The notes: generated by a model not told the origin, from the sequence alone. A stretch of DNA of 64,000 nt from the human T2T-CHM13v2.0 reference genome, Homo sapiens (GCF_009914755.1 NC_060937.1), one strand, 5' to 3'; numbered from the stretch's first letter, positions 39,359 to 54,999 are shown. A program made the numbers and translations.

Positions 39359-39790
39359 TGGAATGAAACCATTGCAATTTTCAGTTTTACAGTAGTATAA
39401 AACCACTGCAATTTTGATACTTTGAATTTTGATTTTTTTTTCCTGGGTTAGCAATATGCAATGGTATGAAACCATTGCGATTTTCAATTTTACAATGGTA
39501 TAAAACCATTGCAATTTTGATACTTTGAGTTTTGAATTTTGACTTTTTTTCCCCTGGGTTAGCAATATGCAGTATGTGAGATATTTAACACTTTATTATA
39601 AAATAAGTTTCGTGTTAGATGAAGTTGCCTATCTGTAGGTTAATGTAAGTGAGCACATTTCAGGTAGGGTAGGCTAAGCAATGACGTTTGGTAGGTTAGG
39701 TGTACTAAATGCATTTTTAATTTACAATATTTTCAAATTATGATGGGTTTTATCAGGATGTAATGCCATTGTAAGTTAAGAATTATTTGT
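39359..39790 (-). mobile_element. MER47-like (TcMar-Tigger) DNA transposon remnant with ~105-bp tandem duplication
   Basis: aacactttattataaaataag..gtgttagatga..gtagg.taatgtaagt..taggctaagc..ggtaggttaggtgta.taaatgcatttt..atgatgggttt matches MER47. Confidence 0.75.
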
Positions 39791-41117
39791 TTTTTAATTC
39801 AGTTATTTGAAACTATAGTGGTTTTCTAAAGAAAAATAAAGCAGCACATATTATAATCTTGACCAGAAAAACTACTTATTAACATCTTAATAATTATATA
39901 ATAAATACATTGATAATTATAACAACATACAGTCAATTAGAATAATAGAAAACAAAATGAGAAACCAGAAATGGAAGAGAAGAAAATGTTTAAAAATTAA
40001 GTCACTTATCAATAACTGACTATCAGTAAGATTGATGCCTCTGTAAGACAAAGTATTTTTCTCTCCAATCTTATCACACATAACAATTTAGCAGGATATC
40101 CTAAGGAACAATGTTGTTTAAAAAAATAATGGGCCTCTACTTTTAAAATGTTTTCTTTCCTGTTAATAAAATCTAACTCAGTTGTTATTTTCATAACTAA
40201 TCCCTTTGGGTTTGGATTATATATTCTCTTTCAAGTTAATGTGTGTCTGTGTGTTTTGGTCTCTAATGTCTTTTATTATATCACAAATTCCAAATAGAAA
40301 AACACTCAATCACTTCTAGAAAAGCACACATTACAAAGAGATTCACAATTATTCATTTCGAGTTGAAGTATACAGTATTATTAAAATGGAAAATATCTCC
40401 ATGTTTAATGTTTAAAACAGATCTGGGAGTTTCCTTGAAAACTCTCTATTTCTATACTGGCAAAGTGAAGAAGATTTTAGCAAAATACTAGAGAATAAAA
40501 TAGTTTCCATACAGAAGTAAACAATTACTTATAAAAATATAAAATTTTATTATATTAATAAATGTCCATCACAAATATACAGAAAGATACATTTATAAGT
40601 GTTTTGGCAAACTTACTAGACATATTAAATTGGAGTAGAAGTATAAATAATCTATAGATTAAGGGTTGGTGCCTAAAAAATTTTGAAAATTATTTCCAGA
40701 CATAAAACACAGTTGTTTAAACTGAGCTCAATTGTAACCTCAGTACTGATTCATTCTCACTCTAGGCACTCTCGGCTTAATTTAGCAGTAGATACTAATA
40801 ATAAATTTTACAGAAAGAAAAAATTACAGATATTGATGAGGGTGTAAAGGAAAGGGAATATTTATACATTATGGTGAGAATGTAAATTAGTACAACCTCT
40901 ATGGAAAACAGTATGCAGATTTCTCAAAGAACTAAAAAGAAAACTACTATTCGACCCAGCAATACCACTACTGGATACCAGCCCATAAGGAAAGAAATCG
41001 TTATATCAAAAAGATACTTGCACTTGTATATTTATTACAGCACTATTCACAGTGGCAAAAATATAAAATCAACCTAAGTGTCCATCAGGGGATGACTGGA
41101 TTAAAAAATGTGATACA

Positions 41118-41420
41118 GGCCGGGCACAGTGGCTTACGCCTGAAATCCCAGCACTTTGGGAGTCCCAGGCAGGTGGATCACTTGAGGCCAGGAGTTAGAG
41201 ACCAGCCTGACCAACATGGAGAAGCCCCATCTCTACTAAAAGTACAAAAATTAGTTTGGTGTGGTAGCATGAATCTGTAATCCCAGCTATTTGGAGGGCT
41301 GAGGCACAGCACAAGATTGGCTTGAACCTAGGGGGCAGAGGTTGCGGTGAGCGGAGATGGCACCACTGCACTCCAGCCTGAGCGACACAGCAAGACTTTG
41401 TCTCCCAAAAAACAAAAAAA
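41118..41420 (+). mobile_element. Alu, AluS-like, nested in L1PB
   Basis: Dimeric Alu; L1 sequence is collinear on both sides. Confidence 0.94.
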
Positions 41421-41424
41421 TTGC

Positions 41425-41428
<4 letters not shown>

Positions 41429-41477
<49 letters not shown>
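41429..41477. repeat. (TA)n(CA)n compound microsatellite
   Basis: About 20 TA units followed by CA units. Confidence 0.95.
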
Positions 41478-41478
<1 letters not shown>

Positions 41479-42139
41479 AAAAGATATGCAACATATATAT
41501 ATATTGTGTATGTGTATATATATAGACAAAATGGAATACTATTCAGCCATAAATAAGAATGAAATTATGTCTTTTGCAGCAATATGACTGGATCTGGAGG
41601 CCATTATCTTAAAACAAGTCAGTTATAGAAAGATGAATACTTCATGTTCTCATTTATAAGTGGGAGCTAAGTAATGTGTACAAGGACATAGAGTGTAGAC
41701 TGATAGACAATTGAGACTCAGAAGGGTGTGGGAATGGGGGAGGTTCATGATGAGAAATTATTTAACGAGTACAATGTAGGCTTTTCAGGTAATGGATATC
41801 CAAAACCCTGACTTCACCACTATGCAGTCTATCCATATAATAAAATTACACTTGTACCACAAGAATATATACAGATAAAAAAAGGAGAAAAAATTATCAG
41901 GTAAATGTTTTTTCTTTCTACCTCCATCTTCTCAGAAAATAAGGAATTCTGAAATATCACATTAAAATTTATCAAAATGACTTTTATATATCTATGCTGA
42001 TGCATATAAAATATCTAGAGGTATTTGGGAATAAAACTTATTTCCTATATTTTACTTAATGCCCATTCTTCAAATTCTGGATTTAAAGTTACTCCAGAAA
42101 TTTTTATAAAATTGACACCAAAATGCAAGACATGATACA

Positions 42140-42370
42140 GCTATGGTAAAATGAAAAGCAAACCAGGCTTGATTAAGAAAGTATGAATTCAAGTCCTGGC
42201 TCTACCAAGTACAAGCAAATTTTAGAGCTAAGAACCTGTCTCTTATTTGAGACTCATTTCATTTATTTATTAAAACGATGATTACCAATTCAAAGGATTA
42301 TAGTTTAAATCCAATTAGATTATGCATGTGAAAGTGCTTTGTAAAATATAAAATACTATATTAATATAAA
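42140..42370 (+). mobile_element. MIR fragment
   Basis: gaattcaagtcctggctctacca..tgcatgtgaaagtgctttgtaaa. Confidence 0.6.
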
Positions 42371-42484
42371 GTATGAATGGATGAATAATTAACAAATAAT
42401 CCAATCAATTATACATTTTATAAATTTCATTTTGGAAACTTGGCTTCAATGTGCCACGGAGGAAATTCTGTTCTTGTACCATAA

Positions 42485-42804
<320 letters not shown>

Positions 42805-43028
42805 TAGTTTCTATATTATGTCTCTCTGATAAGGCTTTGATGAAGATGTATAATGTTGATGAAAGAATTATTACTGTATACATCAGTTTCCTTATATGGA
42901 CTAACCCTGAGTTAGTTTGGTGAACAGTTAAAATTGACTTTGATAGAAATAATTTGGGAAAGGGCAAAGAATATGAACTGGTTTATCAATTTCTCTTCAG
43001 GTGGCAGGACCTAGAGGAAATATGTGTT

Positions 43029-43029
<1 letters not shown>

Positions 43030-43066
<37 letters not shown>

Positions 43067-43096
43067 TACACAGACACACACACACATACACACACA
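43030..43096. repeat. (CA)n microsatellite (17 perfect units, then interrupted)
   Basis: Visible run. Confidence 0.96.
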
Positions 43097-44252
43097 GTAC
43101 AGGTTTTGCAGAAATAGACTGTGAATAACATAAAACCACTTAAGAGGCTTCTTGGATATACTTCAAGCAGCATTAGAACTCTGAATTTTGAGTTTGAGTG
43201 AATAAAAGAAAAAAAAATATATGGGAATGAAATCATTGTGTTTGGCAGAATGTTGGAGGTTTGCTACAAAAATACACCAAACTCACAGTGTTGCCTAATT
43301 TAATGCATATGTATTCCACGCTTATTATATGCAACTATCACCTATATCAGTGAGTCTTAACTTTTGAATAGTTCTCTTTTGAGATGCTTATGAAAGTTGG
43401 GGACCACTCTTTTGAGGAGGAAATCGATCATCTAGTCGCAGCTACCTAACATATAGTAAGTACTTATTAATATTTACTGAAAGAATATGTGAATGAGATA
43501 AGGCAAAGCAAAAGCTGGAGGAATACAGACTGCAAAAATGAGAAGGATATAGTCTTTGCCTGTCCCAGGGTTATACCACATCCATGATAGTAAAACTAAA
43601 AATACCTTCTATTGGAAAACCACTCTATTGATTACGAGGCAATTTCACAGACATTATCTTGAGTTAAGAGGAAGCTCTAGGAATAAAATTTTTTAAATGC
43701 ATGCATTTATAATCTCAATAAGGTTATATGCCAAAAGAGTGATTCAAATGGCACCTGGTGCTTATTTAGAAAAAAGAAGAGATTCTGTTTAGATGATGTG
43801 AGTTGAAAGGGGAAAGAAGAAAAAAAAAAAGAAAACCACCATGGCAAGAAACGGGCACTGAATTTTGGGGAAGACTTAACTAGAGGGAGGTCAAGAGGTT
43901 GTATGAGGAAACCATGCAAGGATAACAGCTCAAGAAAATCAGGAACCCCAATTCCCTGAAGAAACTGTATTTTTAGGGGGAAATCATATTTTCTATTATT
44001 ATGCTCAAAAAAGAATCTTTAGTTTCTGGCTATTCTGTATCTGTATTTCAAAAATTTCTGTATTCAGAAATTCTAAGATCAAGCTATCTATTAATATTTC
44101 CAATCTTGGCCTTGACAGCAAATCCATCATTATCTTAGCAAACTCATCTGAGGAGACAAAACTTGAGAACTCGGGTATCTGTGTACAGAGGTTTTTGTTC
44201 CTTTGACAATTTGAAATTTCTTGGAAAAAAATGGAATGGCACCAAGCATTAA

Positions 44253-44324
44253 ACACACACACATGCGAGCACGCGCACACACACACACACACACACGCAG
44301 ACACACACACACACACACACACAC
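44253..44324. repeat. Compound (CA)/(CG) microsatellite
   Basis: CA runs with gcgagcacgcgc insert; mostly alternating purine-pyrimidine. Confidence 0.93.
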
Positions 44325-45899
44325 TGATTTAACTTTCAAATATTTTGGGTTGCATTCACATCTGCTTGTTTCTTAAAGACATAAGTCATCAGTGTTTATG
44401 CAAGAACTGGCATAGCTTAGGCTGAAAAGATTCACTTAATTGACCTTTCTGTCATTTCCATGACCCAGTAGGTTTAACCTCACTGCTGATACTGCAGGTG
44501 AATATGGGAAAGCATTTATTGAAAGCTGCAAAACAGACACGGTTATATTTCCTAGGTTGATGTTTTGCATATCTGCACAGTAGGGCCATTAAGTGTTCTA
44601 AGAGCACAACGGAAACAATCATAACATTTGTTTTTAGATGACTGACTCAGAACATGTACACCAGGCTTTATATAGAAACTGTTTTTGTTTTATTAAGGGA
44701 CTGTTTGCCTGTTAGTGATAACATCATTAAAAATAAATGAAAGGGGGCTGGTAAAATGCTTCCCAAAAGCAGAAACCTAATTAAAGGTGATATGCCTGCT
44801 ATGAGGCTTTTTTTTCAGAACTCAGAAATAGAACAAGGTTAGTTCTTTCTCGTTTTATAAGGCCCAAAGAAGACCTCACAGTAAAACATCACTTCTGATC
44901 TAATTTTCTATTTCTGTGTACTTTAATAATCTACTTTAAAGTCTGCGCTTGCCCATAGAAAGTGAACTAGTTTTGTGCCTACAGATAGATTCTTCCTCAT
45001 GTCATACCGCATGAAAAGAAAATCTGATGGTTCAGCTCAAACAAAAAATGCACTCCCTTTTAAAACAAATTGTAGAGGTCGTAAGATGTTCAGTAATAGT
45101 AATAGTAGATGCATAGTGCACCCATAAACATTCCACAGCTCTAAATGACCACTTTTGAAAGTCTGAGTTAATGATTAAAAAAAATTTCCAAATCAAGGTT
45201 TATAATTTCAGAAAGAAAAAAAAAAGTAGACCCTTTTATTTTAAGGGGTGGAGTTACTCTAATTTCATGGATGGTGGAAAAAGCAGGAAACTGCATTCCC
45301 TTGATAACTCTGCCCTTATTGTGCTGTGACCTTGGCCAATTTACTTAAATTTACATCTGCCAAAAATGAGTTTCTGAAATGTGCTTTGAGAATTTTCGGG
45401 GGGAGGGAGGAAGAGTTGTCTCATAAATCCAAGGCCTTTTCAAAGTTAATATGACTTTAGAAGTAAAGCAAAAATGAAGAGAAATGCTAGGCACCATCAC
45501 AGGGTGCCATAGTTTGATACCCTGTTCTCTTCTTATCAGCTCTGCATAGCTCTAATTCATTTATGAGTCTCCAAGCCGAAAATGAGTGTCATTGCTATGT
45601 GAATAAAACAGAACGATTCTCAAATAATACCCCTGAAATACACACTAGCTCTGGTGTTGAGGACTGATATTCAAAGTCTAATTTGCACGTAACTTTTAGA
45701 CTAAAATTATCATGGAATTATAAAAAATGTAAGAGGCCTTTGGAAATCACCTCATCTACATTCTTCATTTTTCAGATGAAACAAGCCCAATAACTGATTG
45801 ACCCAAAGTTTTTCAAACCCAAGTCTGAAGATTCTCATTTCTTTTCTCATTAAAAGATAAAGTGTCAATTTAGACGAAATACATGGAAAGCACAATATT

Positions 45900-46483
45900 T
45901 TGAATGATTCCATGAATATGGCCACCCACAAATATACATATATAGACTGAACTCTGGCCTTTTTTTTTCTCTCACTCAAACTTCTATCTAAGAGGCCTAG
46001 GGAGTCATGCCCTACAAATCATAAAATCTACTTAAAAAGTGGTTTTTTTTTAAATTAAGCCTGAATATTGTGGCTCAGTTTCCAATCTGACTCTGTTAGA
46101 GCATCATAGGACCACAGACCCCTTTATCTTAACTTAAGCATTCATTTCTACGAACTTCAAGTCTTTAAACAATAGCTTAACTCTCTCAACTGAAATTGTC
46201 AATCAAAGAGTCTCTAAAATCCACCTATGACTGTAAAAGCCCCTGGTTCGAGATGTCCTGCTTTTTCAGATCAAACCAATGTATATCTCTCATGTATTGA
46301 TTTATGATTTTCCCGGCAATTCCCGTTTCCCTGAAATGTATAAAATTAAACTATAACTCGATCTCTTCGGGCGCACTTTCCCAGGACCTCCTGAGACTGT
46401 GTAACACGAGGCTGCAGACACTCACATTGGCTCAGAATAAACCTCTTTAAGTATGTTAGCAGTGCTTGGTTTTTCAGTCATCA
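45900..46483 (+). mobile_element. ERV1-class solo LTR, MER34/MER39-like
   Basis: aaatccacctatgac..ttcgagatgtcctgc..aaaccaatgtata..catgtattgatttatg..ccctgaaatgtataaaa..caggacctcctgagactgtg..cactcacattggctcagaataaacctctttaa..tca terminus. Confidence 0.8.
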
Positions 46484-46499
46484 CATATACGCATATATG

Positions 46500-46855
46500 A
46501 AAACAGGTGAAATGTGAAGCCTAATGGGATATTTAGTAAATGTTAAGAGATTTTAGGAGTGATAAAGATTATGTGTTTGTGATGTAAGAAAAGATTTACC
46601 CATCTTTAGAAAATATACACTGAACGTAAAGTAGAACAAAAAAGAAAAACATTAAAAATATGTACAGATTACAGAGCATATGTTTGAGATTTGCTTCAAA
46701 AATCTCTGGAAGAAGGGAAGAAATTGGGTGGAAGTATGAGACAAGATTTGCCTTGAGATGACCATTGTTAAAACAAAATGATGGGTAGGCATATGGGAAT
46801 TCAGTACTCTTCTAATTTTATGTATATTTGAAATTTTCAATAATAAAAAGTTAAT
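46500..46855 (+). mobile_element. Old L1M (L1MC4/5-like) 3' end
   Basis: gagatttgcttcaaaaa..acaagatt..atgatgggta..ttttatgtatatttgaaattttcaataataaaaagtt. Confidence 0.7.
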
Positions 46856-46954
46856 AGAAAAGGAATACTACTCAGTAAAGATTCTATTAACTTATAACTT
46901 ATTCTTTCTTCAGAGTCAGAGGCATTGCTATGATGATGTTCATCATTACCATAA

Positions 46955-47195
46955 ATAACTAGCACACAGAGAGTGCTTCCTATGTGTGCAAAGCAATGTT
47001 TTAAATGCTTTGCATGCACTGGCTCATTTAATCCTTACAACAATTCTGTTACTGTTTTACTAGTGTTATACTTATTTTACACATTAATATGTAGAGGTAA
47101 AAGAAGTTAATTAACTTGCCAATGTAACTCAACTAGGAAAGACAGCAGCCTGAATTTGAGCCCAAATAACCTTATTTCACAGCCCATGTTGTTTA
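46955..47195 (-). mobile_element. MIR
   Basis: tatgtgtgcaaagc..taaatgctttgcatgc..ctcatttaatccttacaacaa..ttaacttgccaatgt..gaatttgagccca. Confidence 0.78.
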
Positions 47196-50100
47196 AACAC
47201 CCAAGGAGTAACACACAAATTTTTTAAGGGCATTCAAAAATACATTAATATGTGCATTCAAGTTTGTGCCATAAATATATATTCAAAAAATATAATTGTA
47301 TCTTGGAATAGAAGGCAAATGTAGAGATTTTCCATTTCACTCCTCCGCCTTAGGACTTGACTTATTCCCTAAAACCAAGCCTATGTTCACATCAACCAGC
47401 CTAGATTCCATCAAATTGACTACTACTGATACACTTATGATTATTTGTGATTATCTGTGATTAATTGCTAAGATACCTATCCCAGAAATGAAACTCCAGA
47501 ATCTTCCCAGATGAGACTAGAAAATTCTAACCATGAGTATAGTGGACATTTAATATCAAGTTTAACTTTAGGTAGCTTATGCAGAATATCTCTTTGGAAA
47601 TTTCTCCACCCTACACCTTATCAAATGCTAACCATACCAACAAGGTCTATACTTCCCTTGTCGGAGCTGTTTAACCATGAAAGTACTACTTTTAAATTGA
47701 TGCATGCATTCTATGGGGTAAAAACACAAAGTCTACTTAAGGATTTTTAAAGCAAAACAATTATTGTCCAAGAGGTTCATTTCAGAAGGAGCAAGTCTCA
47801 TGCTTTACCCATTTATCAGATGCAATTAAACCTTGGATAATGCAACAAATTATCTTCTGCATTTGTCCCAATTTAGCTTCTCCTGAATTCCTTCATCCTG
47901 TAATCCTAGTCATGAATCTGCCTCATTTGTCACCATAAGAACCTTGTGTAGGTTTCCAAATCACCGTCTTTCAGTATTGGACACTATTCCTTCCCTGACT
48001 GCGTCAATGTGTTCCATGCTAGCACTGGGACTTCCCATTGCACTTGGTGACTACTTTGCTCTGATAAGCTGGCATGCAACATGCTGTTGGAATGCTACCC
48101 TAAGCTAGGCATCAGTTTGCTGGTCTAGAAAAATTAATTTATGTAAGTCTGATAATTTACTAAGTACAATGACTTCGCTTAAGCTACAGGTATGTTTTAA
48201 TGGGTCCCTTCTTTCCCATCTTGCCTTGCCACCATCTCTTGGGACAGGCAGCACCGTATGTAAATGACAAAGGTTTCTTCAAGTCATACCTAGAACCACT
48301 TCATTTTTTCCTTCCCACATACAACAACTGATTACAAGTATATATTACCAGGATCATTTCACATGATCAAATTCATCAAAAATTATTATCAAATTTCTTT
48401 ACAGGTTTATTTCTGTCTGTTTGTTTAACATGAAAAACTGTGAGGGAAGGAACTCAGTCCATTTATTCACCTGTGCAGCCTCAATGCCTGGCACATAACA
48501 TATTTTTATATATGACTTGTTGAATATCTGATATAATTTATTTTCAAAACTAGTTAATTTATTAAACCTTTTATTCTCATAGCAACATAGATAAATTTTA
48601 GTTGTAGTTACTTACTTTAAGTTAGATGAGCCTGAATGAATGAGAAGGGATATAATAAAAACTGCTTTTGTTTGAGTTGCCTTTTTAGAAATGTGAATTT
48701 ATCATATAAAAATAACTTAGGAGATTTAAATTCTAAATTTTAAAATCCCAATATTTACTAAATAATAAACTACATTTGTGGCTGCCCTGTGCAGCAAAAG
48801 AGACTAAGTAAATGCATATAACATTATAGTAAGATTTGGTTCATCTACTTAAAAATACTATTGGCTGTTTTGGGCAATCCCAGGTTTGCCACGGCAGAGT
48901 GTCCAAGCAAATGTTCATAAGCTTCTTGTCAGGAATATTACGGAAACTATTTCTTAGAAATTGACAGAAGGTTAAATTAAGTGACCTTTATATCCCTTTT
49001 ACCTATTGAGATTTTACGACTTTTTCCTTTAAAACTAACTGTTTTATAACATAGCCATATAAAAATGCAAAGGAGAGCACTAATTTTTAGGATTTAGGGA
49101 AATATAAAAAGTTAAGAGTGTATGTTTATGTCATTGTCAGCATTCTTCCCTTGGCGAGAAGGGGATTCTTTAACAGCACAGCTGCTATTTTGCAACTCTC
49201 AGAGCATAAAAACATAATGTAAATTCCTGGAACTCTACTATATATAAGTTAAAAATAATAATTTCAATTTATAACCACTCATTCTTTGTAGCACAGAAAA
49301 GAGATGACGTTGTTAGATTTATAAAATTGTACTTACTAGCTTTTCAATGTGCTCTATTTAAGAAATACACATCTGTTGGCTCAAAAAGTCAACAATTAAC
49401 ACGAGAAATCTTGGTTGTTTTACTTTAATACCTATGTTTAAATTTAATTTGAAAAATTATTAGAAATTTTAAAGTTACTTTAAAATTTCAAATTAAAAAA
49501 GAAACATTGTGTTATCTGCATTCATTAAAGTATTTCCTGTTATCTTCTGCTTTGTATTCTATATGTGTAATAGTATGAATGCCTCATATTTATTTTGTGG
49601 AATTTGTTTAATTGATGAAGAATTTATGCATTCAAGGTAAAAGACATAGCTCAGATCAAGAATTGAACCTGGGAAGATAACACGTTAGGAGGAACTGAGA
49701 AAAGGCAGCGTGGATGAGATCGCTAAGGGGAGAGAGGTTAGAATGGAATTTGAGATGTAATAAGGCCAGATTTGAGTGAAGTCTTGCAGACCTGATCATC
49801 AAGTTGTAGCTCAGAATGTTCAGGAGAAGGTTGGTCATGATCTTACAGAAATGGCAACTCTTCCTAATCATGGATGTATCATGAGAATATAGAACCATTT
49901 CATTCTTATGTAACCAGTGACTTTTTATTTCGATGGCATGTTCAATGTATATCAAGCTACCATTATTACTACTTGATATTTTTCTATATATTTCCTTATT
50001 GTTTGTCTTCTTCAATTACAATACAAATTCCTTAAGAACAAGATGTCTCTCTGTACTGTGAGCTGTTGTGTCTCCTATACCTTGAATGGTGCCTGGCTTT

Positions 50101-50247
50101 TACATGTAGGATGAATCAATACATTATTTAAAAATATTTCACAATGAAATCAATTAATCTCTTCGACTATTTGTGTACACTTAACTCAGTTTTAACTTAC
50201 TGAGAAATCGCAAATTTAGAAACACATATATTTGTTAATTAGATATC

Positions 50248-50556
50248 TCCTTCCTTCCTTCCTTCCTTCTTTCTTTCTTTCTGGAGTCTTACTCTGTCGC
50301 CAGGCTGGAGTGCAGTGGCAAGATCTCGGTTCACTGCAACGTCCGGCTCTGAAGTTCAGGTGATTCCTCAGCCTCAGTGTCCCAAGTAGCTGGAATTACA
50401 GGTGTGTGCCACCACGCCCGGCTACTTTTTTGTATTTTAGTAGAGACAGGGTTTCCTCATGTCGTCCAGGATGGTCTCAATCTCCTGGCCTCATGATCCA
50501 CCCACCTCGGCCTCCCAAAGTACTGGGATTACAGGCGTAAGCCACTGCGCCCAGCC
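50248..50556 (-). mobile_element. Alu, AluSc-like, with tail converted to (GAAG)n(GAAA)n
   Basis: Reverse Alu preceded by (tcct)n(ttct)n; tctgtcgccaggctgg and caggatggtctcaatctcc. Confidence 0.93.
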
Positions 50557-50665
50557 TAAAAATTTTCTTAATAGTATATTTAGAAGGCTTGAGATACATT
50601 ATATTACTATAGATAAAATAACCATATAAGTCTACTGTTGAAGCAATTTCAAAGTAAAGCAGATT

Positions 50666-50691
50666 CTGTGTGTGTGTGTGTTTGTGTGTGT
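50666..50691. repeat. (TG)n microsatellite
   Basis: Visible run with one interruption. Confidence 0.9.
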
Positions 50692-51315
50692 ATACCTAAA
50701 TGATTGCACACCACACATACACTTAGTTACATAAGTACATAGGTACATATAGGTATATCATATGTAGAACTCTTCCATATTTAGTAAATCCAATAACTGT
50801 TCTGTTCTGTTTCAATTATTAATTTACCTTAAATATCACCAGAAGCTTTAGGCAAATAAATAAGTTTATTTTGTTAGATAATAAGTTATCTTTCATTACT
50901 TATTCCTTCTCATATACTAAGATTTCATAAGAATGAAAAAACCAGGTAGAAACTGAAAGTTTTACTATTACTTTCTATATTCTAGTACTTTCCACTTTAG
51001 CCTATATACCTAAGATTAACAAATTATAAGTGGCATACAGACTGAAAGGCAATTTCCATAAATGACTTAATATTGACTAAAAATTTAAAAATAATTAAAA
51101 TATTCAACTTGATTAGAAAGCATTTCACATTTGAATAAGCAAACAAAACATGCAGATTTTGTTCCTTCATCCTCTTGATATAGATTAAAAACTATACTGT
51201 TATTTAATGTTATTCTACATTAGAAAAATTTAAATAAATACAACTAAAATGAAATAAATAAAAATATTACATTTACATGCATTTTCAAAACTCACATAAA
51301 GCTCTTAAGATTCTT

Positions 51316-52335
<1,020 letters not shown>

Positions 52336-53643
52336 TAAGATTCTTATACATCCCCGATCTATCCATGCAGTAGTGACAGGAGATCATTCATATTAGTGTT
52401 TCTTCCTTTAAGTTGGGAATCCTCATAAATATAGTATTCTCTGTTGTTTATCTTATAATGTATTCTAAAATCTATTCCCCAACTTTGTTTTTTAGCATAG
52501 AAATTCTCCACAGAGAATTTTAATATAGTGCCTCCTATAACAATAACTTCAAAAATCTCATGATACTTTTAAGAAAGTTGTTATTTCCTTCACTAACAAA
52601 ACTATTTTTACAATTGTTAAATTTAATCATAAATTTAATCAGGAACTTTTTATGAAATGCAATTAACCTTGAAATATGAATACATTTTATTTTGCCAATT
52701 AGTTCAGCTGGAAAATTAGACAAATTTGAAACTAGTCACTCTAGAAATATTTATGGATGAATGCCAAATGCAACACTGTATAGAAAATACTCTAACAAAG
52801 ATAAGACAGAGGAACTGTCACGGCAAGTGAGGACATCTAGTCCATCCTTGGACTGACTACCTGGAAGAGAACAATTATAATTCCAGAATGAAAGATAATC
52901 AGGACACAATTCTTACAGCATGGCTAAGGTTTTAATATATGGAGATAATACATAACTTTTGGAAATGTATATAATTTATTATCTCAACCTATTATCAAAT
53001 TTCTAAACTGAACCTCCACTTTAGGCTTAGTCCTGCCAATGTTAATATATTTTCTAATTGTCTATCATCTATTTATTGCTAACAATTAAACATAAAAATT
53101 CTATAAATGTTTACTGGAATCTGTTCATCCTATTATTTCCTCATTTCTCTGTTGGGCAAAGAAAATGAGCCTAGATTAAAAGAATGCTTTTCTGATGAGC
53201 CCATACAAATCCTAGTCATTGCACTCATGTTTTCTAAGAAATTATTTTAAGGAATGATTTTAGAATCTTCTTCAGGGTCATTATGGAGGCACTTCTTTCA
53301 CTGCAAGTGAACTGTGCCTCTGTCCAGTTAAAAAAAATCATAGCTGCATATTAGTACGTTTACTTACTGATCACTTCTTTTGTGGGTCAGCATATTTGAC
53401 TGTAAATTTAGTCTAAATATCTTGTGATATAATTCACGTGGCCTGAATTCATTGTGAATTGCCAAGTATTTTCGTCCTGTTTCTTCATCTGACTTGGGCT
53501 TCTGTTCCCTCTCATGATGATTACTCTCACAATTTTTATTTTCTCTTAGAAAGATAATGAAAACAAAAGAATAACTTGTACTTGTTAGTATCATTTTATA
53601 TGCATGGAAGACAGATCTAAACAGTGAATGTGGTAAAAATTAC

Positions 53644-53943
53644 TTTTTTTTTTTTGTAGATAGATAGGATCTTGCTCTGTCACCCAGTCTAGAGTGCAGT
53701 AGCATGATTATAGCTCACTGCAGCCTCAACTTCCTAGGCTCAAGCAGTCCTCCCACCTCAGCCTCCTAAGGAGCTGGGACTACAGGCATACACCAACTTG
53801 GGTAACTTTTTTTTTTAGTTTTTGTAGAGACAAGGTCTCACTATGTTGCCCAAGCTGATCTCGAACTCCTGGGCTCACGCCATCCTCCTGCCTCAGCCTC
53901 CCAATAGTGTTGGAATTACAGGCAGGAGCCACTGCACCTGGCC
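53644..53943 (-). mobile_element. Alu, AluJ-like
   Basis: atagctcactgcagcctcaacttcctaggctcaagc and tttgtagagacaaggtctcactatgttgccca. Confidence 0.93.
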
Positions 53944-54999
53944 AAATTAATATTGTTAACTAATTACATGGCTGTAGTTTGAGTTTATCTACATGTCCTC
54001 ACCCTAAGCATATTAAAAATAATATAAAAAACTTAGTTTCCCCAAATGCATTTCACTATTATCATCTCTATTCCTCGCAGTGATACCACCATCTTTGAAA
54101 TTATTCTAAGAATAGCTTTGATTTGATGTATTTAACTTTTCTTCTCACATATACACTCACCAAATTATCCCTTCAAAATATTCTTAACATTTCTGTGTTT
54201 CTCTTCAACTGTCACCCTACACCAGGGTGTATAAATGTACTATTAGTATATTTAACCTTAACAGGTGCATTGCTTTTGACTGATCTTTCTACTACCACAC
54301 CTCACTCCACTCATTAATAAAATATATGATTTAATTGCCTGCTCTCTATTCATTATAAACTGAATTCTCAAACTTTCAGCATGATTTTGAAAGAAATCCA
54401 GAATCTGATACAACCTCTGTCTCTACTAATCTTATCAACTGAGTCCAATAATGAAATGTGCTAGGTACAGTGAAACTCAAAAACATTCTTTCATGAAACA
54501 GATCAGAAACTGGAAAGGATGTGAATTAAAACCAACTCATAACAATATGAAGAATATATAAAATATAACTAGTAGAAAAAATTAGGAATGAGACTAATAG
54601 ATGAAAGGTGAATACAACTAGTGTGAGAAATTAAGAGTACAAATAATATGTCTAAGTACAAGGTTATCAGGGCTTAAATTGTAATGAAGGAGTCAAAGAG
54701 GTGGTAAAAATATAAAGAAGAAATACAATCCTAAACACGAAGTTTAAAATTCTGTAGGAAACAGTCGGCTTATATTTTTACTAAGTTTTTCAATATGGGT
54801 CCTAGAGCTGGTTTTTCCAAATATTAACAATGATATTCAGTAAGTCCTTCTCTTCTCTGCCTCAAATGTACTGCCTCAAATTTCTCCTGCAATTGTACCT
54901 TTCTTTTACAGACTCTTCTGCTCTTAACTAAATAGTTCTAATTGCATATAGCCAGGCTATATTATATCCCATCTAATGGAAAAAAGAAAACATCCCTGG

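Larger units (their letters stand above)
40815..41885 (+). mobile_element. L1PB-like 3' fragment (end of ORF2 plus 3' UTR), interrupted by an Alu and TA/CA repeats
   Basis: gaatgtaaattagtacaacctctatggaaaacagtatg..gacccagcaat..aacctaagtgtccatca..atggaatactattcagccat..ataagtgggagctaag..gacttcaccactatgca..cacttgtacc. Confidence 0.88.

Noticed and set aside
39359-39571. Repeat-spacer-like periodicity suggestive of a CRISPR array (also 58988-59100)
   Set aside because: Primate intron with no cas genes. At 39359-39571 the 'spacers' are themselves duplicated, and at 58988-59100 the shared motif is only 8-13 bp.
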